Source: Methanocaldococcus bathoardescens
Lineage (GTDB): Archaea > AGJL01 > Methanococci > Methanococcales > Methanocaldococcaceae
Reading direction: 5' to 3'
DNA: 24,000 nucleotides
Assembly: GCF_000739065.1 (NCBI RefSeq)
Contig: NZ_CP009149.1
Span: forward strand, 1,163,311-1,187,310
Shown here: positions 13,199-20,953 of the stretch, piece after piece
Position numbering within the stretch: position 1 is the stretch's first letter
How the letters are laid out: each line of letters begins with the position of its first letter
Translations under genes and position numbers: made by a program
Notes under the pieces: generated by a model
Databases searched by the model: none
The model's input: only the letters and a program-made list of their open reading frames with translations
Told to the model about the DNA's origin: nothing

Positions 13199-13209
13199 TT
13201 ATATGTAAT
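13199..13209 (-). promoter_or_regulatory. Candidate internal rRNA promoter (minus strand: AAAAAC-ATTACATATAA ... TGC)
   Basis: An AT-rich TATA-like element lies downstream of the tRNA-His oligo-T tract. A TGC box-B-like start follows about 19 nt later. The match to TTTATATA is imperfect. Confidence 0.3.
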
Positions 13210-13236
13210 GTTTTTAGGATTAGAACAATAAGGGTT

Positions 13237-13250
13237 AAAAAAATAAAAAA
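13237..13250 (-). terminator. Oligo-T tract directly after tRNA-His (minus strand: TTTTTT A TTTTTTT)
   Basis: Starts at the first base after the tRNA 3' end. The 17-mer is identical to the one after RNase P RNA. Confidence 0.5.
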
Positions 13251-13251
13251 G

Positions 13252-13324
13252 GGCCGGGACCGGGAATTGAACCCGGGTCAGGGGATCCACAGTCCCCCAG
13301 GATGGCCACTACCCCACCCCGGCC
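13252..13324 (-). tRNA. tRNA-His (GUG) with genomically encoded G-1
   Basis: G(-1)-GCCGGGG ... GGGGA CUGUGGA UCCCC ... CCGGG UUCAAUU CCCGG UCCCGGC C73. G-1 can pair with C73. One further C follows (13251), but no full CCA. Confidence 0.9.
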
Positions 13325-13334
13325 ACTTTACCTA

Positions 13335-13422
13335 TGGTGCAGGGGCAGGGATTTGAACCCTGGAACCCCTACGGGACTGGGTCCTAGGCCCAGCGCCTTT
13401 GGCCAGGCTTGGCGACCCCTGC
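13335..13422 (-). tRNA. tRNA-Leu (UAG), class II with long variable arm; CCA encoded
   Basis: GCAGGGG UC GCC AAGCCUGGCCAAA GGC G CUGGG CCUAGGA CCCAG UCCCGUAGGGGUUC CAGGG UUCAAAU CCCUG CCCCUGC A CCA. Confidence 0.88.
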
Positions 13423-13462
13423 ACATATAACATCTTAATTATCTTTAAAATAGGACAAATGA

Positions 13463-13537
13463 TGCTCCGGCCGGGATTTGAACCCGGGTCGCGGGCTCGA
13501 AAGGCCCGCATGATTGGCCGGACTACACCACCGGAGC
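13463..13537 (-). tRNA. tRNA-Glu (UUC); CCA not encoded
   Basis: GCUCCGG ... CGGGC CUUUCGA GCCCG ... CCGGG UUCAAAU CCCGG CCGGAGC A. Confidence 0.92.
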
Positions 13538-13554
13538 TAATTAGTGATTTTATA

Positions 13555-13632
13555 TGGTGGGCCCGAAGGGATTTGAACCCTTGACCACTCGGTTATGAGC
13601 CGAGCGCTCTGACCAGGCTGAGCTACGGGCCC
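13555..13632 (-). tRNA. tRNA with CAU anticodon, elongator type (Met, or Ile2 if C34 is modified); CCA encoded
   Basis: GGGCCCG UA GCUC AGCCUGGUC AGAGC G CUCGG CUCAUAA CCGAG UGGUC AAGGG UUCAAAU CCCUU CGGGCCC A CCA. The G1-C72 pair argues against the archaeal initiator (A1-U72). Confidence 0.9.
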
Positions 13633-13660
13633 ATATCGGACATAAAAAAATAAAAATTAA

Positions 13661-13736
13661 TGGCGCCCCCAGCAGGACTCGAACCTGCGACCTACGGATT
13701 AACAGTCCGTCGCTCTACCATCTGAGCTATGGGGGC
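13661..13736 (-). tRNA. tRNA-Asn (GUU); CCA encoded
   Basis: GCCCCCA UA GCUC AGAUGGU AGAGC G ACGGA CUGUUAA UCCGU AGGUC GCAGG UUCGAGU CCUGC UGGGGGC G CCA. Confidence 0.93.
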
Positions 13737-13744
13737 ACATAAAA

Positions 13745-13821
13745 TGGTGCCGCGGGGGTGATTTGAACACCCGACAACTGGATCTTCAGTCCAGCGTTCT
13801 CCCAGGCTGAACTACCGCGGC
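13745..13821 (-). tRNA. tRNA-Phe (GAA); CCA encoded
   Basis: GCCGCGG UA GUUC AGCCUGGG AGAAC G CUGGA CUGAAGA UCCAG UUGUC GGGUG UUCAAAU CACCC CCGCGGC A CCA. Confidence 0.93.
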
Positions 13822-13857
13822 ACCCAATGTTTGCATAATTATGCATTACATTTCAGA

Positions 13858-13872
13858 TATATAAACTTTTCG
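13858..13872 (-). promoter_or_regulatory. BRE/TATA promoter of the tRNA cluster (minus strand: CGAAAAG-TTTATATA)
   Basis: A consensus methanogen TATA box lies 36 nt upstream of the mature tRNA-Phe 5' end. An ATGC box-B-like start motif follows 21 nt after the TATA box, which predicts a leader of about 13 nt. Confidence 0.7.
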
Positions 13873-13910
13873 GTTAGGTATTTAAATATTTGACTTACAA
13901 TTTAATTGAT

Positions 13911-13930
13911 TTTTCATAAATTTTCATAAA
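13911..13930. repeat. Perfect tandem 10-mer (ttttcataaa x2) between the methyltransferase stop and the tRNA promoter
   Basis: 13911-13920 and 13921-13930 are identical. Confidence 0.9.
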
Positions 13931-13953
13931 TATTTTTAGTAAATGTAGTAACA

Positions 13954-15009
13954 TTAGATTTTCTTATAAACATGGATGTGTCTAATCAGCCCCTTATGGA
14001 TATATACCTTATAAAGTCCCTCTAATTTCATATCAAGCTCAATCTTTTTTGGATATGCAAAAACAAAGTATCCATTTTCTTTAACAACTTCAGGAAGAAT
14101 TTCTAATATCTTTTCAATTTCACCTTTTTTTGCTGTCGATATCCCATAAGGAGGGTCTGTTACGATAGCATCAACTTTTTCTATGTTTAATTCATTTAAG
14201 AACTCTTTTACGTATTTGGCATCTAATCTCTTAACCTTTATTACTTTATCTAATAGGTTGTATTCTTCAAGGTTGATTAAAGTTCCAGAAGCCATTCTCC
14301 AATCTATATCACAACCAATAAGCTTAGCCCCAATTAAACCAGCTTCAATTAAAAATCCTCCAGTTCCACAAAATGGGTCTAAAACAACATTTCCTTCTTT
14401 AACTCTCGCCAAATTTACCATAGCTCTCGCAAGTTTTGGTAGCATACAACCAGGATGGAAGTATTTTCTTAAATGTGGCCTATTCTTTTGGAAATATTCT
14501 CTATCCCTCATCTCTAATACATTAGAAATGAAAAATGTGTTTTCTAAGATAACCACTCTAACTAATATATCTGGTTTTGTTAAATTTACTTTTGCATTGG
14601 TTTTTAATTTTATAATCCCTCCAATTTCTCTCTCAATCTTTAATGAGTCTATGGATTTTGTAAACTCATCTTTATGTAGCTTTAAAACTCTAACTGCAAA
14701 TGATTTACTCCCATCAATGTCAGGATAGTCTTTATTTTTTATAAACTCTTTAAATGAGTTAATAAAGTCATTTGTAATCTCATCTATCAAATTTATATCT
14801 TTCTCTTCTAAATTGTATCTGAATATTATCCTATGCCCCTCATCTATATATCCACTTCTTTTAACAACATCTTTAGCTGGACTATCTTCAGTTATAACGT
14901 ATCTTTTTAACCTCTCAACACTTCCATTATAGTTAAAAATTTCCAATAATGCCATTAATTCTCCAAATGGAATTTCTTCATGCTCTCCATTTAAAACATA
15001 TCCAATCAT
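13954..15009 (-). CDS. THUMP-domain tRNA guanine-N2 methyltransferase (Trm11 / Trm-G10 family)
   Basis: SAM-binding motif I VLDPFCGTGGFLIEA and catalytic motif IV VTDPPYG. The N-terminal roughly 180 aa are consistent with THUMP. SD GAGGGAT lies upstream of ATG 15009. Confidence 0.85.
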   Translation of the reverse strand: MIGYVLNGEHEEIPFGELMALLEIFNYNGSVERLKRYVITEDSPAKDVVKRSGYIDEGHRIIFRYNLEEKDINLIDEITNDFINSFKEFIKNKDYPDIDGSKSFAVRVLKLHKDEFTKSIDSLKIEREIGGIIKLKTNAKVNLTKPDILVRVVILENTFFISNVLEMRDREYFQKNRPHLRKYFHPGCMLPKLARAMVNLARVKEGNVVLDPFCGTGGFLIEAGLIGAKLIGCDIDWRMASGTLINLEEYNLLDKVIKVKRLDAKYVKEFLNELNIEKVDAIVTDPPYGISTAKKGEIEKILEILPEVVKENGYFVFAYPKKIELDMKLEGLYKVYIHKGLIRHIHVYKKI

Positions 15010-15037
15010 AATTATCCCTCAAAAATATTTTTTAGTT

Positions 15038-16399
15038 TTAATTTATTTTAGAATATTTGATTAATGTTTTTACTGTTAAAATTCCAAACAAAAATGCAAA
15101 CATTCCTGCCGTGAAATCACCAATCACTAAACCACCATATATTCCAAACATCCCTAATCCTAAAATTACTGCAAATATGTAAGCATAGAATATGTGGCAT
15201 ATTAAAGACCTAAATATGGCTATTATCAATGATTTTTCCCCTTTACCAATTCCTTGGAACATTGCGGATGTTGTTAAAATAAATGGTGTGAATAATAAAT
15301 ATAATGGAACTATTCTTAAAGCTCCAACAAGTTCTTCATGAATTCCCATAGAAACTTTAGTGTAAGTAAATAAGTAAGCCAACATTGGAGCTAAAAGCAT
15401 TATTAAAGCAACTATAATAATTTCCATTAAAACCCCAATTTTTATTGTGTAAAAATAAGCTGTTTTTAATTTTTCAAAACTCTTTGCTCCGTAAGTAGCT
15501 CCTATAACTGATGTTGCTCCACTTGCCAAACCTAACATTGGAATAAAACCAAACTCAGTTATCCTTAAAGCTCCAGTATAGACAGCTAAACCTCTACTAT
15601 CCCCAACCATCATAATTATTGAAGTCATTATAAAAAATGATACTGCAACAGTAATCTCTATAAATGTTGATGGAATGCCAACTCCAATTAAATCAGTAAT
15701 AATCTTTAAATCAGGTTTAAATTTTGATAATTTAACAGTAACATAACATGATTTTTTTATAAACAGTTCATAAGCTAAAATTAAGAGAGATACAACTATA
15801 GCTATTAACGTTGCATAACTTGCCCCACTTATCCCTAAGTTTAATAAGTAGATGAATATTGGGTCTAAGATGATGTTTGTTAAAGTTCCTAAAACACTTG
15901 CTATCATAACTATCTTTGTATTCCCCTCCCCCCTAAATATTCCATACAACGCATCGCAGATTGTAAATATAACAGTTCCTAAAACCAGTATTTTAGAATA
16001 CTCTATAGCAAGATTTTTACATAATCCGTAAGTTCCCATTAAGCTAAATAGCGTATCAAGATTTGGATATACAGCTATAATATACAAAATTCCAGCAATC
16101 AATGCCAATATAATTGCATGATTTGCAACTTTATCAGCTTCTTCTTTATTTTTTGCTCCAACTCTCCTTGCTATTCCGGAGCTAATCCCAATACTCAAAC
16201 CCCAACTGACAGCATATAAGCTGATTAATATTGGAAAACTCGCTCCCACAGCAGCTAATGCATCTGCCCCTAATCCAGAAACCCAGATACTATCAACTAA
16301 GCTGTAAATTGATTCAATAAATGTGGCAACAATTATAGGTTTTGATACTTCAATTACTGCTTTTTTTGGGTCATCCAACAATATTTCAACATTTTTCAT
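15038..16399 (-). CDS. MATE-family efflux transporter
   Basis: 453 aa and about 12 hydrophobic segments. N-terminal [24 protein letters not shown] matches the MATE signature (P-x-x-x-x-x-x-x-x-x-x-x-x-D-x-x-x-V/I-G-x-L-G). SD GGTGAT lies before ATG 16399. Confidence 0.8.
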   Translation of the reverse strand: MKNVEILLDDPKKAVIEVSKPIIVATFIESIYSLVDSIWVSGLGADALAAVGASFPILISLYAVSWGLSIGISSGIARRVGAKNKEEADKVANHAIILALIAGILYIIAVYPNLDTLFSLMGTYGLCKNLAIEYSKILVLGTVIFTICDALYGIFRGEGNTKIVMIASVLGTLTNIILDPIFIYLLNLGISGASYATLIAIVVSLLILAYELFIKKSCYVTVKLSKFKPDLKIITDLIGVGIPSTFIEITVAVSFFIMTSIIMMVGDSRGLAVYTGALRITEFGFIPMLGLASGATSVIGATYGAKSFEKLKTAYFYTIKIGVLMEIIIVALIMLLAPMLAYLFTYTKVSMGIHEELVGALRIVPLYLLFTPFILTTSAMFQGIGKGEKSLIIAIFRSLICHIFYAYIFAVILGLGMFGIYGGLVIGDFTAGMFAFLFGILTVKTLIKYSKIN

Positions 16400-16483
16400 C
16401 GTCTATCACCACAATAACAGTAAAAAATAAATACTACTTATACAACTTAATTTTCTTTACCATTTCACAAAATTGTGATAACA

Positions 16484-16993
16484 ATGCCGAAGCTTTTCAT
16501 ATATCATGCAAATCAGTGCAATCCAAAAAAATGCACATCCTTAAAAATGGCTAAGATGAATAAAGCCATTTTGTTAAAAAACCCTTATAAAGTTCCAAAA
16601 AACTCAATAATTCTAAATCCTTACGCTGAAAAAGCTTTGTCTCCAGAAGATAAAAAGATAGTGAAAAAATTTGGCATAACGGCTCTTGATTGCTCATGGA
16701 AAGAAGCAGAGTTAATGTTTAAAAAATTTAAATTTAAAAATCAAAGGTCTCTACCGTTTTTAATTGCTTGCAATCCAATAAATTATGGTAAACCATGTAT
16801 GCTTTCAACATTAGAAGCTTTTATCGCCGCTTTATATATAACTAACTTTAAGGATGAGGCATTGGATTTAACTGGTTGTTTCAAATGGGCAGAAACATTT
16901 ATAAATGTTAATAATGAATTATTAGAGAGATACTCAAATGCTAAAAATTCAATGGAAGTTGTAGAGATTCAACAGGAGTTTTTGCAGAGATGA
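16484..16993 (+). CDS. tsr3: Tsr3-type 16S rRNA aminocarboxypropyltransferase (DUF367)
   Basis: N-terminal LFIYHANQCNPKKCTSLK and the central ALDCSW motif. ATG 16484 is preceded by GTGAT; the track start is a GTG at 16475. Confidence 0.8.
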   Translation: MPKLFIYHANQCNPKKCTSLKMAKMNKAILLKNPYKVPKNSIILNPYAEKALSPEDKKIVKKFGITALDCSWKEAELMFKKFKFKNQRSLPFLIACNPINYGKPCMLSTLEAFIAALYITNFKDEALDLTGCFKWAETFINVNNELLERYSNAKNSMEVVEIQQEFLQR

Positions 16994-17067
16994 ATTTATA
17001 TTGAAATTATTTATGCCAAAGGCATAAAAATTCTAAATAAATAATATTAATTGCAAAAACTCCTGTT
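16971..17067 (+). repeat. 16-bp perfect inverted repeat (aacaggagtttttgca / tgcaaaaactcctgtt) enclosing a 7-bp hairpin (17011-17027)
   Basis: 16971-16986 is the exact reverse complement of 17052-17067. The inner hairpin is ttatgcc-aaa-ggcataa. Confidence 0.9.
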
Positions 17068-17144
17068 CAAAAAACATACCTTAATCAAAAGTTTTAATAG
17101 TGGTAAAGTTATTAAAATTATCAAAAATCTTATTAGGTGATAAA

Positions 17145-17288
17145 ATGCCATTTGAAGAAGCAATGAAAAGGTTATTTATGAAAAAGATTTGTATGAGATG
17201 TAATGCAAGAAACCCTTGGAGAGCTACAAAATGTAGAAAATGTGGATACAAAGGTTTAAGACCAAAAGCAAAAGAACCGAGAGGATAA
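17145..17288 (+). CDS. rpl40e: 50S ribosomal protein L40e
   Basis: 47 aa: [47 protein letters not shown], with a C4 zinc ribbon (CMRC ... CRKC). A perfect SD AGGTGAT lies 4 nt before ATG 17145; the track start is a GTG at 17100. Confidence 0.9.
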   Translation: MPFEEAMKRLFMKKICMRCNARNPWRATKCRKCGYKGLRPKAKEPRG

Positions 17289-17290
17289 AC

Positions 17291-17404
17291 GAGTTATTTT
17301 ATATTCCATAGGGGGCTTCGCCCCCTATTGGTATACCCCCATTATTAATTTTTAAGATACTAAATATGACAAAATCCTATGGAAAATAAAATGAGTTATT
17401 TTAT
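17291..17404. repeat. Composite element: 12-bp direct repeats (gagttattttat) flanking a 17-bp imperfect inverted repeat and a GC-rich hairpin
   Basis: Direct repeats at 17291-17302 and 17393-17404. Inverted repeat 17296-17312 / 17376-17392 with one mismatch. Hairpin ataggggg-cttcg-ccccctat at 17308-17328. Confidence 0.85.
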
Positions 17405-17435
17405 TTTCTTTTTTATATTTACCTAAGATTTAATT

Positions 17436-18080
17436 TTAAGAGAACATGATTTTAGCTATTTTAAATGTTATAGTCCCTTCAACAATTCCAGCAACTATAA
17501 ATAGGATTATAGAGAGAACAAGTAACTTTAAAGACTCTTTTATATAATGTAAAACCTCTCTTTTAGTCCTAAATTTGATATTTGTGAGGAAATTCACTAA
17601 TCCTATGTTAAATAAAATCCCACTTGATGCTGAAAGTATTAAAGCAGGAATTTCAATAATTCCATGCGGTAAAACTAAATAAATAAAACTTTCAGCACCA
17701 AATTTGTAGAGCACATATGATAAAATATAGGAATTTACTACAATAACAAATAGTGAGAAAATCCCAATAATATAGTTTAAAATACAGACAGTTAAGTTAT
17801 TTTTCCAAATAGCCAATATTATTGTTGAACTATCCTCATTTAACGTGATTTTTAGATTTTCAACATGTTTTTGAAAGTTTTGAAAGACCATATCTCCTAA
17901 ATACGAGAAATATTTTACATTAATCACCAAAATATATGAAATTGCTAAAGATAAGATAAAAACCAAACTAACAAATAAAACAACTTTTCTATTCTTTATA
18001 GGGCTTTTTATAATCTCTTTTAAATCAAATATCTCTTCCAATGCATCCATTAAGACCATCATTAAATAAGCATCTCTCAT
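17436..18080 (-). CDS. SpoIIM-like (DUF95) integral membrane protein
   Basis: About 5 TM segments and the family hallmark LPHGIIEIPALILSASSG. The ATG lies 2 nt after the hmgA stop. Confidence 0.65.
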   Translation of the reverse strand: MRDAYLMMVLMDALEEIFDLKEIIKSPIKNRKVVLFVSLVFILSLAISYILVINVKYFSYLGDMVFQNFQKHVENLKITLNEDSSTIILAIWKNNLTVCILNYIIGIFSLFVIVVNSYILSYVLYKFGAESFIYLVLPHGIIEIPALILSASSGILFNIGLVNFLTNIKFRTKREVLHYIKESLKLLVLSIILFIVAGIVEGTITFKIAKIMFS

Positions 18081-18082
18081 AA

Positions 18083-19300
18083 TTATCTACCGAGTTCTTG
18101 ATGAGCTTTTCCTAAATGACCAGCAGCTAAAGCTCCTAATAGAGATAGCTCTCCAGCCAACACAGCCCCTCCGACAATCTCAGCAAATTTTAAAGCTTTA
18201 TTATCTCCATAACACCCAAGCATCTCTAAGCACTCTTTTTGTGTCTCAACCCTTGTTCCTCCTCCAACAGTCCCAATTGGAACATCTGGAAGTGTAACTG
18301 AAAAGTATAGTCCGTTATCTTCAACTTCTGCCATTGTTATTCCTAAACTACCTTCAACTATTTGTGCCTCATCCTGTCCAGTAGCTAAGAATATAGCTCC
18401 AATAATATTTGCATAGTGAGCATTGAATCCCATACTGTTGCTTATTGCTGAACCTATATAATTCTTTAACCTATTTACCTCAGCAATTGCTTCAGATGTT
18501 GTTTTCAAATATTTATTAACCTCCTTCTCTGTTAAAAATACCTCTGCTACAATAGATTTACCTCTTCCATTAATTAAATTCATTCCACTTGGTTTTTTAT
18601 CTACACAGGCATTCCCACTAACAGCAACTGTTTTAACAAATACTCCTTCCTTTTTTAACTCCTCCTCTATAAAGTTGCATGCCTTTTCTGTGGCAATTGT
18701 AACCATGTTCATGCCCATAGCATCTCCAGTTTTAAATACAAATCTTGGATATAAGTTTCTTCCAACGATTAAAATTGGTTCTATCCTTATTAATTTCCCA
18801 TGCCTTGTTGTTGATTCAGCAACTTCCTTTATCTTTTCAAAGTTTTCTTTAATCCAATCTCTAACTTTTATTGCATCTACAACACTCTTTGTTTTTAAGC
18901 AGGGAGCTCTTGTCATCTTATCATCTATAACCCTAACAGTTGCCCCCCCACATTTTGTTATTATTGAGCAACCTCTATTAACTGAAGCTACTAAAGCTCC
19001 TTCAGTTGTAGCCAATGGGATGTAAAACTCTCCCTTTGCATATTCTCCATTAATCTTTAAAGGCCCAGCAAAACCTAATGGAATTTGTATAGCTCCAATC
19101 ATATTCTCTATATTCTTTTTCATAGCCATTTCTTCATCTATTGAGTAATTGCAGATATGCTTAAACTCTATTCCAACCTTCTTTTCAATAAATTTTCTTC
19201 TAATTTCAGTGGCAATTTTTGAGCCAAACATCTTATCCAATTGATATGGCTTTAACTCTCCATTTAGCATCTTTTCAATAATATCATTATAGTTATTCAT
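18083..19300 (-). CDS. hmgA: 3-hydroxy-3-methylglutaryl-CoA reductase (class I)
   Basis: TTEGALVAS, GDAMGMNM and GTVGGGT motifs, with a C-terminal GHLGKAHQ. Start re-called at ATG 19300 (MNNYNDII), which has a perfect GGTGAT 4 nt upstream. The track start at 19327 would overlap the upstream gene. Confidence 0.93.
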   Translation of the reverse strand: MNNYNDIIEKMLNGELKPYQLDKMFGSKIATEIRRKFIEKKVGIEFKHICNYSIDEEMAMKKNIENMIGAIQIPLGFAGPLKINGEYAKGEFYIPLATTEGALVASVNRGCSIITKCGGATVRVIDDKMTRAPCLKTKSVVDAIKVRDWIKENFEKIKEVAESTTRHGKLIRIEPILIVGRNLYPRFVFKTGDAMGMNMVTIATEKACNFIEEELKKEGVFVKTVAVSGNACVDKKPSGMNLINGRGKSIVAEVFLTEKEVNKYLKTTSEAIAEVNRLKNYIGSAISNSMGFNAHYANIIGAIFLATGQDEAQIVEGSLGITMAEVEDNGLYFSVTLPDVPIGTVGGGTRVETQKECLEMLGCYGDNKALKFAEIVGGAVLAGELSLLGALAAGHLGKAHQELGR

Positions 19301-19316
19301 TTTATCACCAAAAAAT

Positions 19317-19997
19317 TTATTTTCCAAATCTATTAATAATCTCCTCTAAATCTAAAATCCCTTTATGTATTGCTGTTGCTATCAAAACTCCATCAACTCC
19401 CAAATTATAGCATAGCTCTAAATCTTCCATCCCCTTAATTCCACCACCAACATATACTGGATTATTTGTTTTATCTAAAACATATTTTATAAGCTCTACA
19501 TTAATACCTCTTTGAGTTCCAACTGAAGAAATATCTAAGATTATTAGTGGAGTATCTTCTCTAACATATGACAGTATCTCATCTAAGTTATAGTTTAAAA
19601 GCTTTCCATTTTTGAAATCTAAGCTAACAACTATATCTTTTTCTTTAATTAACTCAATTTCCTTTAATGTCTCTGTTGCCACTATTGCCCTATCTTTTTT
19701 ATTTAAAAATTTTTTAATATTTTCCAAGTCCTCTCTTTTTTTTATCCCAATATCTACAATTTTATTTACAAAATCTATCTCTTTTATAATTTCAAAATTA
19801 TTTCCATTTCCGATTATAGCATTTAAATCAGCTATGTAAATAGTTTCAGCTCCTCTTTCTTTGTAAGCCATTGCTACATCAATTGGATTTGATGATTTGC
19901 AGATAACTGATTTTAGTGGTTTATATTCATCTCTGTTTCCACTCTTTCCATGCACAGCTATCTTGTCTTTTAAATCAATAACTGGAATTATTTGCAT
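19317..19997 (-). CDS. HisA/HisF-like TIM-barrel protein, not in a histidine operon
   Basis: MQIIPVIDLKD ... IYIADLNAI ... VSLDFK ... ILDISSVGT ... VYVGGGIKG ... GVLIATAIH follows the ProFAR-isomerase-like phosphate-binding barrel pattern. SD GGTGA lies before ATG 19997. Confidence 0.75.
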   Translation of the reverse strand: MQIIPVIDLKDKIAVHGKSGNRDEYKPLKSVICKSSNPIDVAMAYKERGAETIYIADLNAIIGNGNNFEIIKEIDFVNKIVDIGIKKREDLENIKKFLNKKDRAIVATETLKEIELIKEKDIVVSLDFKNGKLLNYNLDEILSYVREDTPLIILDISSVGTQRGINVELIKYVLDKTNNPVYVGGGIKGMEDLELCYNLGVDGVLIATAIHKGILDLEEIINRFGK

Positions 19998-20076
19998 CTT
20001 CTCACCAAAATTATTTAATGGAAAAATTTAAATTGATAATATTAAAATTATTAATCATAATCAAATTGGTGGGAGA

Positions 20077-20565
20077 ATGGATATTGGTATTGTAATTCTT
20101 GTTGCGTCAATATTTATTTTTGGATTAATATTTGTGTATTGTTTAGAGATGCTACTTAATAAAATGATTGGGATTGACAAAAGCTTTAAAGACCTATTCA
20201 ACTACAAAAACATTAAAAGAGATGATGTAATTGTAACATTGGTTAGCTTAGCTACAACAATGCTCCTTATTAAACTACTTAACCTTAAATTTAATATTAT
20301 GGTTTTTCTCATAGTTTTTGTTGTTATTCGTGTTATTGCTAATGTCCTTTTTGAAATCATTGTCCATAAAAAATTGTTATCTATTAAAATCTCAAAAACT
20401 ACATTGACATTGGATATTTTGACACTATTTGTATTTTTATATTTGTATTTTGTCCCTAAGTTATTGAGTTATTTTGGAATACCAAACCAAATAATTGCAT
20501 TTGTCTTAGTTCCAATTGTAATTGTTGTACTGTTGCTCTTCATTGCTATGTTTGTAGATTTCTAA
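20077..20565 (+). CDS. Hypothetical integral membrane protein (about 5 TM segments)
   Basis: 162 aa and very hydrophobic. ATG preceded by GGTGGGAG. No recognisable family motif. Confidence 0.55.
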   Translation: MDIGIVILVASIFIFGLIFVYCLEMLLNKMIGIDKSFKDLFNYKNIKRDDVIVTLVSLATTMLLIKLLNLKFNIMVFLIVFVVIRVIANVLFEIIVHKKLLSIKISKTTLTLDILTLFVFLYLYFVPKLLSYFGIPNQIIAFVLVPIVIVVLLLFIAMFVDF

Positions 20566-20738
20566 ACATTTATTGCTACAATTATGTAGATGAGTTCAAT
20601 AACTGCTACTATTGACACCAATACACTAATTATAAGCATTAATTTTATAAATGCAGATGCGAATTTAAATCGATTAAACATTTCGTAGGTTTTACGAAAT
20701 ATCAAATGCCTAATAAGTATGGGTAGTAATATCAACAT
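20562..20738 (-). CDS. Small hydrophobic ORF (58 aa), or the 3' part of a frameshifted gene
   Basis: MLILLPILIRHLIFRKTYEMFNRFKFASAFIKLMLIISVLVSIVAVIELIYIIVAINV. No SD before its ATG. This frame stays open upstream to 20822 and overlaps the end of the 45-aa ORF. It falls below the ORF-track size cutoff. Confidence 0.35.
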   Translation of the reverse strand: MLILLPILIRHLIFRKTYEMFNRFKFASAFIKLMLIISVLVSIVAVIELIYIIVAINV

Positions 20739-20787
20739 AAATATTAGAGTATTTAGCAGAAAAAGAGATTCATTAGCAGTAATTATT

Positions 20788-20925
20788 TTAGATAAATAAT
20801 TTCCAAAAAATTGAAAAAGAAATTATCAGCATTAAGAAAATGTTATCCATCATATTCCAATTTTTATCAGTGTATAGGTATTTTATGCTTTTATACACTT
20901 TTTTCATAGTTGATACAAAGCTCAT
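20788..20925 (-). CDS. Small membrane ORF (45 aa), or the 5' part of a frameshifted gene
   Basis: MSFVSTMKKVYKSIKYLYTDKNWNMMDNIFLMLIISFSIFWKLFI. A strong SD GGAGG (revcomp of 20932-20936) lies 6 nt before ATG 20925, only 28 nt after the dp1 stop. Confidence 0.4.
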   Translation of the reverse strand: MSFVSTMKKVYKSIKYLYTDKNWNMMDNIFLMLIISFSIFWKLFI

Positions 20926-20953
20926 TCTCATCCTCCAATAAAAAATTCTTAAA

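Noticed and set aside
13399-13584. 61-aa ORF across the tRNA cluster.
   Set aside because: It spans tRNA-Leu, tRNA-Glu and the CAU tRNA on the opposite strand, so it is an artefact.
20826-20853. Possible C/D-box sRNA on the minus strand (AUGAUGG ... CUGA).
   Set aside because: The C box is imperfect (UGAUGG) and the C-to-D' spacing is 17 nt instead of about 12. No convincing C'/D pair or terminal stem follows, and the segment lies inside the small ORF with a good Shine-Dalgarno match.
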